Of a stretch of 64,000 nt of DNA, positions 27,992 through 36,296 are shown piece after piece. Location of the stretch: assembly GCA_965228475.1 (NCBI GenBank), contig OZ245817.1, positions 4,640,001-4,704,000 on the forward strand. The letters run 5' to 3'. A program made the translations under genes and the position numbers. The DNA is from Myxococcota bacterium (GTDB lineage Bacteria > Myxococcota_A > UBA9160 > JAFDDA01). Below the pieces are notes generated by a model. The model was not told where the DNA came from. It ran no database searches and saw only the letters and a list, made by a program, of their open reading frames with translations. How positions within the stretch are numbered: position 1 is the stretch's first letter; each line of letters starts with the position of its first letter.

Positions 27992-28698
27992 AGCAGCTCG
28001 CGGATGTGGTGGATCGTGGCGTGCGGCTGCTCGGGCGGCTTCGGCGGACGGCCCGCGCGCTTCTTGTCGATCCAGACGGCGCGGATGCCGAGGCGCTGCG
28101 GGCCGACGACGTCGGCCTCGTAGTTGTCGCCGACCATCAGGCAGCGGCCCGGCTCCACCCCGAGTGCAGAGAGGACGTTCCGGTACGCGGCGGGCTCGGG
28201 CTTGCCGAGACCGAACTCGCCCTCGACCTGGATGTGATCGAAGAGATGCCCGAGCTCGAAACGCTCGATCTTGGCGCGCTGGGGCGCCCGGCCTCCGTTG
28301 GTGACGAGGGCGAGGCGCGGAACGCGCTCCCGAAGTTCGAGCAGCACCTCCCGCGCGCCCGGCAGGAAGCGCTGACGGCGCTCCCGAAGCGCGGTGTGGG
28401 TCTCGGCGGCCGCCCGGGCGAGGGCCTCGTCGTGCACGCCGAAGGCCGCGAGCGCGCGCGTGAGGAACTCGCCGCGGGCACGGGCGAGGTCCTGGCGGCC
28501 CCAGCGGTGGCGCTCGTCGTCGGCCCAGAACCAATCCGCCTGGCGCCCGACCTCCTGGGCGAGTGCCTCCCGGTCGAGCGCGGGGTGTGCTGCGAGCATC
28601 TGGGCGATCGCGGCGTCCCACGCCTCCTGGTAGCCGGCCGCGTCGTCGAGGATCGTGTCGTCGAGGTCGAGCAGGAGTGCGTCGAGTGATCCCAGCAC
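27988..28698 (-). CDS. HAD-IA family hydrolase
   Basis: LLDLDDT, LVTNG, GKP, MVGDNYEADV; GTG 28698 chosen from the leaderless promoter (ATG 28722 alternative). Confidence 0.85.
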   Translation of the reverse strand: MLGSLDALLLDLDDTILDDAAGYQEAWDAAIAQMLAAHPALDREALAQEVGRQADWFWADDERHRWGRQDLARARGEFLTRALAAFGVHDEALARAAAETHTALRERRQRFLPGAREVLLELRERVPRLALVTNGGRAPQRAKIERFELGHLFDHIQVEGEFGLGKPEPAAYRNVLSALGVEPGRCLMVGDNYEADVVGPQRLGIRAVWIDKKRAGRPPKPPEQPHATIHHIRELL

Positions 28699-28704
28699 GG
28701 CGGC

Positions 28705-28714
28705 AGTGTACCTT
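28705..28714. promoter_or_regulatory. Overlapping divergent -10 elements (TACCTT on +, TACACT on -) serving two leaderless genes
   Basis: AGTGTACCTT; each hexamer is 6 nt upstream of a start codon (ATG 28721, GTG 28698); no SD sequence on either side. Confidence 0.6.
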
Positions 28715-28720
28715 CCCGCC

Positions 28721-30166
28721 ATGATCCTGCTGCGCTTCTCCGGCGACATCAGCACCAAGTCGCGCGTCACGTGGTCCCGCATGGTCGACCGCATGCTCGG
28801 CAACGTGCGCGACGCGCTCGCCGCCGAGGGCGTCCGCGGGAAGGTCCACCGCACGCGCAACCGGATCTACGTCGACGCCGACGGGCCCGAGGCTACGGCG
28901 GTGCTCACCCGCGTATTCGGCATCCAATCCGTCTCCCCCGTCGAGGCGCGTTTCCCGGAGGATCTCGACCGGATCCTCGCCGAGGGGGCGGCGCTCTTCC
29001 GCGAACGCGTCGCCGGCCGCCGCTTCGCCGTGCGCTCGCGCCGCGTGGGCGCCAAGCAGGAGGGCGCGCTTCGCTCGAGCGTCGTCGAGCGGGAGCTCGG
29101 CACCGCCCTGCTCCCGGGCGCCGCCGGGGTCGACCTCGGAAACCCCGAGGTCACGGTTCACGTCGAGCTCTGCGAGGGCGAGGCGTATCTCTTCGCCGAG
29201 CGGATCCCCGGGCCCGGCGGGCTGCCGCTCGGCGTCGAAGGACGCGCGGTAGCCCTGGTCTCGGGCGGCTTCGACTCCGCCGTCGCCGCCTGGCACGTGA
29301 TGAAGCGCGGCGTCCACCTCGACCACGTCTTCTGCAACCTCGGCGGCGTGACCCACGAGCTCGGCACCCTGCGCGTGATGAAGGTCGTGGCGGACCGCTG
29401 GAGCTACGGCGACCAGCCGCTCTTCCACGCGATCGATTTCGCGCCGCTGCTCGACGAGATCCGGGCGCGCTGCGAACAGAGGTATTGGCAGGTGCTGCTG
29501 AAGCGCCTGATGTTGCGGGCGGCCGATCGCGTGGCCGCCGAACGCCGCTGCTCGGCCATCATCACCGGCGAAGCGATCGGCCAGGTCTCCTCGCAGACGC
29601 TGAGCAACCTGAACGTGATCAGCCAGGCCGCGCGGAACACGGTGCTCCGGCCGCTCGCGACCTACAACAAGGAAGACATCATCGCCGAGTCGAAGCTCAT
29701 CGGGACCCACGACCTCTCGAAGGTCGTCGGTGAGTACTGCGCGATCGTGCCGCGCAAGCCGGCGACGCACTCCTCGCTCACGGTCATCCAGCGGGAAGAG
29801 GAGAAGATGGACCTCGGCCTGCTCGACACGGCCCTGGCCGGGCGCCGCGTGATCGACCTGCGCGACCTCTCGCTCGACGCCATGAGCGCCCCCGAGCTCG
29901 ACACCACCGAGATCCCGCCGGACGCCCACGTCATCGACCTGCGCGCGAAGCCCGCCTACGCCGAGTGGCACTGGCCCGAGGCGGTGCGGCTCGACTTCGC
30001 CGAGGCGCTGCGCGTGGTGCCCTCGCTCGACCGCAGCCGCGCCTACGTCCTCTACTGCGAGTTCGGGTTGATGAGCGCCCACCTGGCCGAGCTCATGCAA
30101 CGGGAGGGCCTGCGCGCCCACCACGTCCGCGGCGGCATTCGCGCCGTGCGGGCCCTCGCCGAATAG
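28721..30166 (+). CDS. thiI: tRNA 4-thiouridine synthase ThiI with C-terminal rhodanese domain
   Basis: THUMP region, PP-loop SGGFDS, TGEAIGQVSSQT, EYC, rhodanese LYCEFGLMS. Confidence 0.92.
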   Translation: MILLRFSGDISTKSRVTWSRMVDRMLGNVRDALAAEGVRGKVHRTRNRIYVDADGPEATAVLTRVFGIQSVSPVEARFPEDLDRILAEGAALFRERVAGRRFAVRSRRVGAKQEGALRSSVVERELGTALLPGAAGVDLGNPEVTVHVELCEGEAYLFAERIPGPGGLPLGVEGRAVALVSGGFDSAVAAWHVMKRGVHLDHVFCNLGGVTHELGTLRVMKVVADRWSYGDQPLFHAIDFAPLLDEIRARCEQRYWQVLLKRLMLRAADRVAAERRCSAIITGEAIGQVSSQTLSNLNVISQAARNTVLRPLATYNKEDIIAESKLIGTHDLSKVVGEYCAIVPRKPATHSSLTVIQREEEKMDLGLLDTALAGRRVIDLRDLSLDAMSAPELDTTEIPPDAHVIDLRAKPAYAEWHWPEAVRLDFAEALRVVPSLDRSRAYVLYCEFGLMSAHLAELMQREGLRAHHVRGGIRAVRALAE

Positions 30167-30178
30167 AACCCGCCGCTC

Positions 30179-31201
30179 TCAGTGCGGCGACCCGGTGCCC
30201 TCGGTCCGCTCGAGCATCTCGACGCGGCGAACCTCCTCCGCCTCGAAGTGCGCCGCGCGCAGCTCGGCGTGGACGCGGGCACGCTCGGCGGGGTCGTCGA
30301 TCTCCGCGAGGGTGGCGTCGCGCTCGGCGCGGTAGGCCGCGACCCGCTCGGCGAAACGCGCGCGCGAGGCATCGAGCTCCCGCAGCCGCGCCGCCGCCTC
30401 GGGGCCGAGCTGCTCCTCGCGCAGGGCGTCGATCTCGGACTCGGAGGCGCCGGCCTCGCGCAGGGCCTCGACCTCGGCGCTGTGACGCAGCACCGAGGAC
30501 GCCCGCGCGCGCACGTCCCGGACGCGCTCGGGGAAGGACGCCTCGAGGGCCTCGAGCTGCGCGCGGCGGGTTTCCTCGTCGAGAGCCGGGTCCTCGATGA
30601 CGCGCTTGCGCTCGAGATAGACGCGCAGGGCATCTTCGTCCTCTCCGAAGAGCCGTTCCGCGACTTCGGCGCCGAAGTGCTCCCGCCGCAGCTCCCGGAC
30701 CCACTGCAGGCGCCGCTCCATCGCCGCGGAGCCGGCCAGGCCCGGCGCGGTGAACTCCTCCTGGGCCGCTTCCCGGAACGCCTGGAAGCGGTGCAGGAAG
30801 GCGTGCGCCTCCCCCTCGGCCGGCGGGGAGAGCCGCTCGGAGATGGCCGCCTCGATTCGCGCCAGAATCTCCTCCTGGCTCTCCTCGTTCGACGCCGAGA
30901 AGAAGTACTCGAAGAAGATCAGCGCGTCGCGATCGGGAACGAAGTGCCCGGAGGCGTCCACCGTGAGCCCGCCGGAGGGCGTCGTCCCCCGGAGCCCGCG
31001 CGGGAGCGGCTTCGGCCCCTTGGCGAGCACCTTGCCGGCCTCGATGGCCTCGACCGGCATCTCGGGCTCGGTGAGCGCGGCGGAGGGTGCCGAGGCCGGC
31101 GCTTCCGGCGAGCCCGGTTCCGGCGAGCCCGGGTCACGGAGAAGGCTCCAGGCAGCGACGGCCGCCAGGGCGAGAACGACGATCACGGCCGCGGGTTTCA
31201 T
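30179..31201 (-). CDS. Lipase-specific foldase (Lif/LipB chaperone)
   Basis: N-terminal TM, Pro-rich linker, LRGT, FFEYFFSA (variant of RxxFDYFLSA), AERLFGED, AAARLRELD; immediately downstream of the lipase. Confidence 0.85.
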   Translation of the reverse strand: MKPAAVIVVLALAAVAAWSLLRDPGSPEPGSPEAPASAPSAALTEPEMPVEAIEAGKVLAKGPKPLPRGLRGTTPSGGLTVDASGHFVPDRDALIFFEYFFSASNEESQEEILARIEAAISERLSPPAEGEAHAFLHRFQAFREAAQEEFTAPGLAGSAAMERRLQWVRELRREHFGAEVAERLFGEDEDALRVYLERKRVIEDPALDEETRRAQLEALEASFPERVRDVRARASSVLRHSAEVEALREAGASESEIDALREEQLGPEAAARLRELDASRARFAERVAAYRAERDATLAEIDDPAERARVHAELRAAHFEAEEVRRVEMLERTEGTGSPH

Positions 31202-31271
31202 GCCGCAACGATCCCTCGCCGGGGCGGGCCTGTCGACCCTCCGCCGGGATCTTTCCGCCTGCCGTCGGAAC

Positions 31272-32243
31272 TCAGGGCTCGATGTTCACCAGGCGCTCGG
31301 CATGGTTGCGGAAGAGCGTCTTCGGGTTCGTCTCGAGGATCGAAACCAGGCCGACCATCTGGTTCACCTCGTCGAGGTGGTTCATCCGGTAGTCGTCGCC
31401 GATCACCTCGCCGAACTGCGAGCTGCACACCGTCACGAGCCCGTCGTTGTCTTCGAACAGGCCGTAGAAGAGGCTCGCGGTGTTCAGCAGGAGGTCGCTC
31501 GGGTCGAGGGCGTTCGTGCTGATCCGCGCGCCGAGCAGCCCGACGATGTCGCCCGTCCAGGAGTAGAAGCGCACGCCGTTCACTTCGTGGGCGCCGTCGT
31601 GGCAGCCCGCGGGCAGACCCGCCGGGAAGTCCGTGTTGAACTGGGCGACGTCGTTCAGGAACTCGAAGCCGGCCTTCCAATCGAGGGGGTCCGTGCTCCC
31701 GGTGATGAGCCGCGCGAAGTCCTCGAGGAGCGGGCCGAAGAAGTTCAGCAGCGCGCCGAGGATGTTGCCCTGCTCGTCGATGTTCCCGCTGATGAAACCC
31801 GCGAGGTCCGCGCCCTTGTGCGGCGAGGCCACGGTGGTGACCGAGCGCACGAGGTCCGGCCGCACGCCCGCGACGTAGCGCGCATCGAGCCCGCCCTGGC
31901 TGTGGCCGATCAGGTGGACCTTGGCGTGGCCGGTGGTCGCGAGGATGTCCTCGATCTGGGTGAGCAGGGATGCGCCGCGCGCGTAGCTCGAGTTGACCGG
32001 GGAAACCGAAGTCACGTAGACCTCGGCGCCCTCGTCTTCGAGGGCCGAGACGATGCCGAACCAGTAGTCGAGGATCTCGTAGCCGCCGAGCTGGTAGGTC
32101 TCGGTGCCGAGGAAGCCGTGCGCCAACACGATCGGATAGCCGCCGTTGGGCGGCCCGCTCGGCGGACAGCCCGTGCCGATGGACAGCACCAGGGCGGTGA
32201 GAGCGACGATGGATACCGGGTGAGCCTTCGACCGTGCGCGCAT
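31272..32243 (-). CDS. Triacylglycerol lipase, family I.1/I.2 type
   Basis: YPIVLAHG, YWFGI, GHSQGG, NDGLV, NHLDEVNQ; possible lipobox GTGC. Confidence 0.9.
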   Translation of the reverse strand: MRARSKAHPVSIVALTALVLSIGTGCPPSGPPNGGYPIVLAHGFLGTETYQLGGYEILDYWFGIVSALEDEGAEVYVTSVSPVNSSYARGASLLTQIEDILATTGHAKVHLIGHSQGGLDARYVAGVRPDLVRSVTTVASPHKGADLAGFISGNIDEQGNILGALLNFFGPLLEDFARLITGSTDPLDWKAGFEFLNDVAQFNTDFPAGLPAGCHDGAHEVNGVRFYSWTGDIVGLLGARISTNALDPSDLLLNTASLFYGLFEDNDGLVTVCSSQFGEVIGDDYRMNHLDEVNQMVGLVSILETNPKTLFRNHAERLVNIEP

Positions 32244-32334
32244 CGCGAGCGTTCCCTCCTCGAAGAGATTGCCTTGGAACCCGGCGGGGATTCTCTCACG
32301 ACCCCGCGCCCGAAACGAGCACTTCCTGACCGGG

Positions 32335-32354
32335 CAGTAAGCGAGTGGTTACTG
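32335..32354. promoter_or_regulatory. Inverted repeat CAGTAA-N8-TTACTG, putative repressor operator upstream of the lipase
   Basis: AT-rich dyad in a GC-rich intergenic region. Confidence 0.5.
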
Positions 32355-32370
32355 GATGGAACGGGGCCCG

Positions 32371-33804
32371 TCAGCCCTCGGCGCCCTCGCCGAGCACCTC
32401 GAGATAGGACTCCCGGATCGCCCGGATCTCCTCGTCGAGGTCCTCCCGCTTCCAGCCCGCGGTCTCGACCGGCGGGAGCACGACCGCCTCCACGGTGGCC
32501 GGCCGCACCACCACGGCGTTGCGCGGCAAGGCATCGAGGACGTTGCGGAAAACCACGGGCACGATGGGCACGCCCGCCTGCATGGCGATGTGGAAGGCGC
32601 CCTTCTTGAAGGCCCCGAGCCGCGGCGTCAGCGAGCGGGTCCCCTCGGGAGCGATCATCAGGGAGCGGCCCTCCCGCAGGGCCTGGACCGCGGGCTTGAG
32701 GCCTTCGATGGCCTTCGCGCGATCGGCCCGGTCGATGAAGACCGCGCCGGCCGCGGTGAAGATCGGGCCGAAGATCGGATTTCGCTGCAGCTCCTTCTTC
32801 CCGACGCCGGTGAGGTCGCGCCGGAGGAGCTTCGCCATCAGGATCGGGTCGAGCCCGCTCTGGTGGTTGAAGATGAACACCGCCGGCCGGTCCGACCAGA
32901 GGTTTTCCTCCCCCTCCACGCGCAGGTCGATCCCGGAGAGCGACGTCGCGAGGTCGCCCCAGAGCGACGCGAACATGTTGATGGCCTCGCGCTGGGAGCG
33001 GTTCACGATGCCGGCGGCGGCGCCGGCCCACAGCGAGGGGACGACGCTCCCGTAGGCCAGGCCGGTCCGCACGAGATCGCCGAGCCCCGGAGTGCCGCGG
33101 CTGTGGAAGCGCCGCACCGGCCAGTGGCGCTCCTTGGCGATCTGGGCGAGCCGCCCGTTCGGGTTCAACGGCCGCGGGCGGCCCACGATGTTCAGGAGCG
33201 GCAGATCCTCGTCGCTGTCGGTGTAGAAGAAGCTCTCGCGCAGGTCGAGATCGCTGCGCGCGGCGAGACCGATCGCCGCGTGGGCCTTGCCCTCGCCGTA
33301 GCAGGTCGGGTGGACGACGCGGCCCGTGAAGATCCCCTTCTCGGTTTCGAGCTCCGTGCACAGCACGTGCTCGATGCCGAACTCGCGGGCCAGGGGCTCG
33401 GCCTGATAGCGCGTCGCCGAAGAGATGATCGCCAGGGTGTGCCCCATCTCCTGGTGCGCACGGACGATGGCGCGGGATTCCGGGTAGATCTCCGTCGCCA
33501 GGTGCTTCTCGTAGATCTGCTCGCCGATCTCCTCGAGGGCGGACTCCGCGAGGCCCCGGTAGGCCGTGGTCGTCGCGCCGACGAAGGCGGAGAAGCCCGT
33601 CTGTCCCACCGCGAAGCCGAGGGCGGCGGCGAGGGTCTCCGCCATCTCGCGCGGGCCCATCTGTCCGGAGGTAAGGCGCTCCCGGAAGAACGCCGTGGCC
33701 GAGAACCCGGAGAAGAGCGTGCGGTCGAGGTCGAAGAACGCGCCGACCTTCGGCCCCGAAGGGCCGCTGCGGATCTCCCGGGTGAGCTTCGCGTGGAGGG
33801 CCAT
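32371..33804 (-). CDS. HAD-IB phosphatase / 1-acylglycerol-3-phosphate acyltransferase (PlsC) fusion
   Basis: FFDLDRTL, FYTDSDEDLPLL; NHQSGLD, FIDR, APEGTRS, FKKGAF. Confidence 0.88.
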   Translation of the reverse strand: MALHAKLTREIRSGPSGPKVGAFFDLDRTLFSGFSATAFFRERLTSGQMGPREMAETLAAALGFAVGQTGFSAFVGATTTAYRGLAESALEEIGEQIYEKHLATEIYPESRAIVRAHQEMGHTLAIISSATRYQAEPLAREFGIEHVLCTELETEKGIFTGRVVHPTCYGEGKAHAAIGLAARSDLDLRESFFYTDSDEDLPLLNIVGRPRPLNPNGRLAQIAKERHWPVRRFHSRGTPGLGDLVRTGLAYGSVVPSLWAGAAAGIVNRSQREAINMFASLWGDLATSLSGIDLRVEGEENLWSDRPAVFIFNHQSGLDPILMAKLLRRDLTGVGKKELQRNPIFGPIFTAAGAVFIDRADRAKAIEGLKPAVQALREGRSLMIAPEGTRSLTPRLGAFKKGAFHIAMQAGVPIVPVVFRNVLDALPRNAVVVRPATVEAVVLPPVETAGWKREDLDEEIRAIRESYLEVLGEGAEG

Positions 33805-33907
33805 GCGGCATCCTCCCACGCGCGGCCCACGCGGACAAGGGGACGGGCCCCGGGCCGAGGCGAGCGCCTGGGGCACGCTCTGGGCCCTGGGGCGTTGCAG
33901 CGCCGGC

Positions 33908-34138
33908 CTAGCGGACCCGGCAGTGGAAGTGGCCGCGATGCTTCCAGCACTTGCGCTTCGGCTTCGGCACGTCCACCACCACGATGGTCTTGTCGTGGTG
34001 CTCGTTGTCGAGGACGACCACGGACTTCGCCGGCGCGTGGTGGTGGTGATGCACACGGCGTGCACAGCCGCTGCCGAGGGTCGCCAGCGCGAGGCCGGCC
34101 AGGACGAGAATGAAGCTCTTTCGGCGGATGCCGCTCAT
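33908..34138 (-). CDS. Small His-rich lipoprotein (76 aa)
   Basis: GAAGGAG RBS; lipobox LGSGC; VHHHHHA, EHHD, CWKHRGHFHC. Confidence 0.75.
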   Translation of the reverse strand: MSGIRRKSFILVLAGLALATLGSGCARRVHHHHHAPAKSVVVLDNEHHDKTIVVVDVPKPKRKCWKHRGHFHCRVR

Positions 34139-34165
34139 GGGTGTCTCCTTCGGGTTCACGGGGTT

Positions 34166-34191
34166 CAACCCGGGGCCACGCCGAAAGTTCC
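34166..34191 (-). promoter_or_regulatory. ECF-type promoter GGAAC-N17-GTTG in front of the His-rich lipoprotein
   Basis: GGAACTTTCGGCGTGGCCCCGGGTTG; same spacing and 11-bp 3' identity with the site at 36237. Confidence 0.7.
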
Positions 34192-34192
34192 G

Positions 34193-34942
34193 CTAGCGGC
34201 CCTCTCCTTCTTCGAGCTCCTGGCGCAGGGCCTCGCGCTGCTCCGGCGAAAGGGAGCGGAAGATCTCCCATTGGCGGCGGAGCTCTTCCTGCTCCCGCTC
34301 CGACTTCTTGCGCCAGCGCTGGGCATTGCGGCGCAGGGTCTCGCGCTCCCCCTCCGAGCGCTCGCGGTAGTCCCGCAGACGGCCGCGCACCTCTTCGCGC
34401 TCGGATTCGTCGAGGCGGCGCCACTCGGCGAGGTTGCGCACCAGCCCCTGGCGCTCTTCGGGGGAGAGCTCGAGGAGCCGGCGGCGGAGGCGCTTCTTCT
34501 CGGCGGGTTCGAGGTTGCGCAGGTTGCGCCGGAGCTCGCGCTGCTGGCGCGGCGGGAGACTCTCGTAGGTATCGCGGAGCACTCGCTCGTCGCCGCGCCA
34601 GCGCTCGATGGACTCGCGGCGCTCGGCGGGCGTCGCCTGGCGGAAGCGGCGTACGAAGCGGCGGCGCTCCTGGGGCGACATCTGGCGGATCTGCTGCACG
34701 GCCTTGCGACGCTCGTCGGGCGGCAGCGCGCGCAGGTAGCCGCGCAGGGTCTCCTCGTCCGGGTCGAGGCGCTGCGGCGCTCCGCGGCCGGCGCCGTCGC
34801 GCGGGCCGCCGCCCGGATCGCGGACGCCTCCCGACGGGGCGTCGATCGAGCCGTAGCCGGCCGAGTCTTCCGCCTGGGCGAATCCCGGGGCGAGCAGCGC
34901 GCAGGCGCCGATCAGGAGGATCTTTCGCCGCAGGACGTCCAC
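34193..34942 (-). CDS. Secreted helical-repeat protein (DUF3106-like)
   Basis: Signal peptide ...APGFAQA; repeated [L/M][S/P]PEER motifs, Arg/Glu-rich helices. Confidence 0.7.
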   Translation of the reverse strand: MDVLRRKILLIGACALLAPGFAQAEDSAGYGSIDAPSGGVRDPGGGPRDGAGRGAPQRLDPDEETLRGYLRALPPDERRKAVQQIRQMSPQERRRFVRRFRQATPAERRESIERWRGDERVLRDTYESLPPRQQRELRRNLRNLEPAEKKRLRRRLLELSPEERQGLVRNLAEWRRLDESEREEVRGRLRDYRERSEGERETLRRNAQRWRKKSEREQEELRRQWEIFRSLSPEQREALRQELEEGEGR

Positions 34943-34944
34943 GT

Positions 34945-35628
34945 CTAGCTCCGCCCCCGGGCCCGGGCGGCCATCGCTTCGAGGAGCTCGAGCTCCTCGA
35001 GGAGTTCGATCTCCTCGAGCACCTCCCAATCCATGGCGACCTCGATCTCCTCGTCGCTGAGCTCGTCGAGGGCGTCGATCGGAAGCTCGGGGTCCGGGCT
35101 CGGCGCTTCTTCGAGCGCGACGCGGGGCGCCTCCTCGACGGGGGTCGGCGCCGCGATGCGGATCTCTTCGGGGGCCTTCGGCGTGGGCTCCGCGATGCGG
35201 ATCTCTTCGGGGGCCTGGGGCGCCTCGGGCGCCGGCGGCCGTTCGGCAATCCGCTCCTCCCCGGGCGGGCGGCCGAGGAAGAGGGCCAGCGCGAGCGCCG
35301 CCGCCAGAGCCGCTGCCGCCAGGGCCGGCGGTGCGAGCGCGCGTCGGCGACGGCGGGGTGCGCGGCTCGAGGCCGGCGGCGAAGCGGCGCGCCCCTCCTC
35401 GGCGATCGACTGCCGCAGCCGCTCGCCGAGACGCTCGGGGACCGGCGGCGAAGCCATCGCCCGGAGCTCCGCGTCGACGGAAGCCAGCGCCTCGAGGCGC
35501 GCGGCGAGCTCCGGGTTGCGCGCGAGCTCGGCGCGGACCTCCTCTTCGCGATCCGGATCGAGCGCACCGTCCAGATACGCCGAGAGGTCCTCTTCGAAGG
35601 TGAGGAAGCGTTCGTCGTCGCGTGCCAC
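34945..35628 (-). CDS. Transmembrane anti-sigma factor (ASD-like N-terminus lacking Zn ligands)
   Basis: EDLSAYLDGALD, one TM helix, C-terminal EEIELLEELELLE; directly downstream of an ECF sigma. Confidence 0.75.
   Translation of the reverse strand: MARDDERFLTFEEDLSAYLDGALDPDREEEVRAELARNPELAARLEALASVDAELRAMASPPVPERLGERLRQSIAEEGRAASPPASSRAPRRRRRALAPPALAAAALAAALALALFLGRPPGEERIAERPPAPEAPQAPEEIRIAEPTPKAPEEIRIAAPTPVEEAPRVALEEAPSPDPELPIDALDELSDEEIEVAMDWEVLEEIELLEELELLEAMAARARGRS
35151..35216. repeat. 27-bp exact direct repeat (period 39 bp) encoding APEEIRIA twice in the anti-sigma linker
   Basis: CCGCGATGCGGATCTCTTCGGGGGCCT at 35151 and 35190. Confidence 0.9.
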
Positions 35629-35647
35629 TACGCCTGCTCCTTCCGGG

Positions 35648-36205
35648 TCATCCCGTCCGCCCTTCGCGCGCGGCCACCAGGGCCGAGCGCGCCCGATGCA
35701 CCAGGGCCTTCACCGACTTCTCCGTCGTCTCGAGCTGGTTCGCGACCTCCGCGTAGGAGAAGCCTTCCACCGCGCTGAGCCAGAGCGCCGCGCGCTGCCG
35801 CTCGGGCAGCGCGGCGAGATCCTGCTCGAGGGCGCTCCCGGCGCGGCGCGCGTCGACCACGTCGTCCGTGCGCGGTTCGTCCGCTGCCAGCTCCACCGGC
35901 TCGCCGCGGTCGTCGACGCTCCCGGTGTGGATGGCCTGGCGCCGCGGCCGGCGCAGCTCGTTGAGCGCCAGGTTCGTCGCGATCCGGTAGAGCCAGGTCG
36001 AGAAGCGCGCCTCGGGCTCGTAGCGCTCGCGCGCCCGATGGACCCGCAGGAAGGCCTCCTGCACCAACTCTTCCGCCGTCCCGCCATCGCGCACCATCCG
36101 TTCCACGTAGCGGAGCAGCGGCCCCGCCCAGCGATGGAAGAGTGCGTCGAAGGCCGCGTCGTCTCCGTTGCGGAACGCCAGCATGAGCCGGACGCTCTCG
36201 TCCAT
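35648..36205 (-). CDS. ECF RNA polymerase sigma factor
   Basis: AEELVQEAFLRV, FSTWLYRIATNLALN, LPERQRAA, EGFSYAEVA, VKALVHRAR. Confidence 0.92.
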   Translation of the reverse strand: MDESVRLMLAFRNGDDAAFDALFHRWAGPLLRYVERMVRDGGTAEELVQEAFLRVHRARERYEPEARFSTWLYRIATNLALNELRRPRRQAIHTGSVDDRGEPVELAADEPRTDDVVDARRAGSALEQDLAALPERQRAALWLSAVEGFSYAEVANQLETTEKSVKALVHRARSALVAAREGRTG

Positions 36206-36236
36206 CGCTACCCCGTCCGTCTCCGCCCGAGAGTTC

Positions 36237-36262
36237 CAACCCGGGGCACCGGAAAAGGTTGC
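36237..36262 (-). promoter_or_regulatory. Putative autoregulatory ECF promoter GCAAC-N17-GTTG
   Basis: GCAACCTTTTCCGGTGCCCCGGGTTG ending 31 nt upstream of the sigma ATG. Confidence 0.7.
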
Positions 36263-36296
36263 GCCTGCGGCCCCCGGAGCCGGAAAGCCTAACGAA

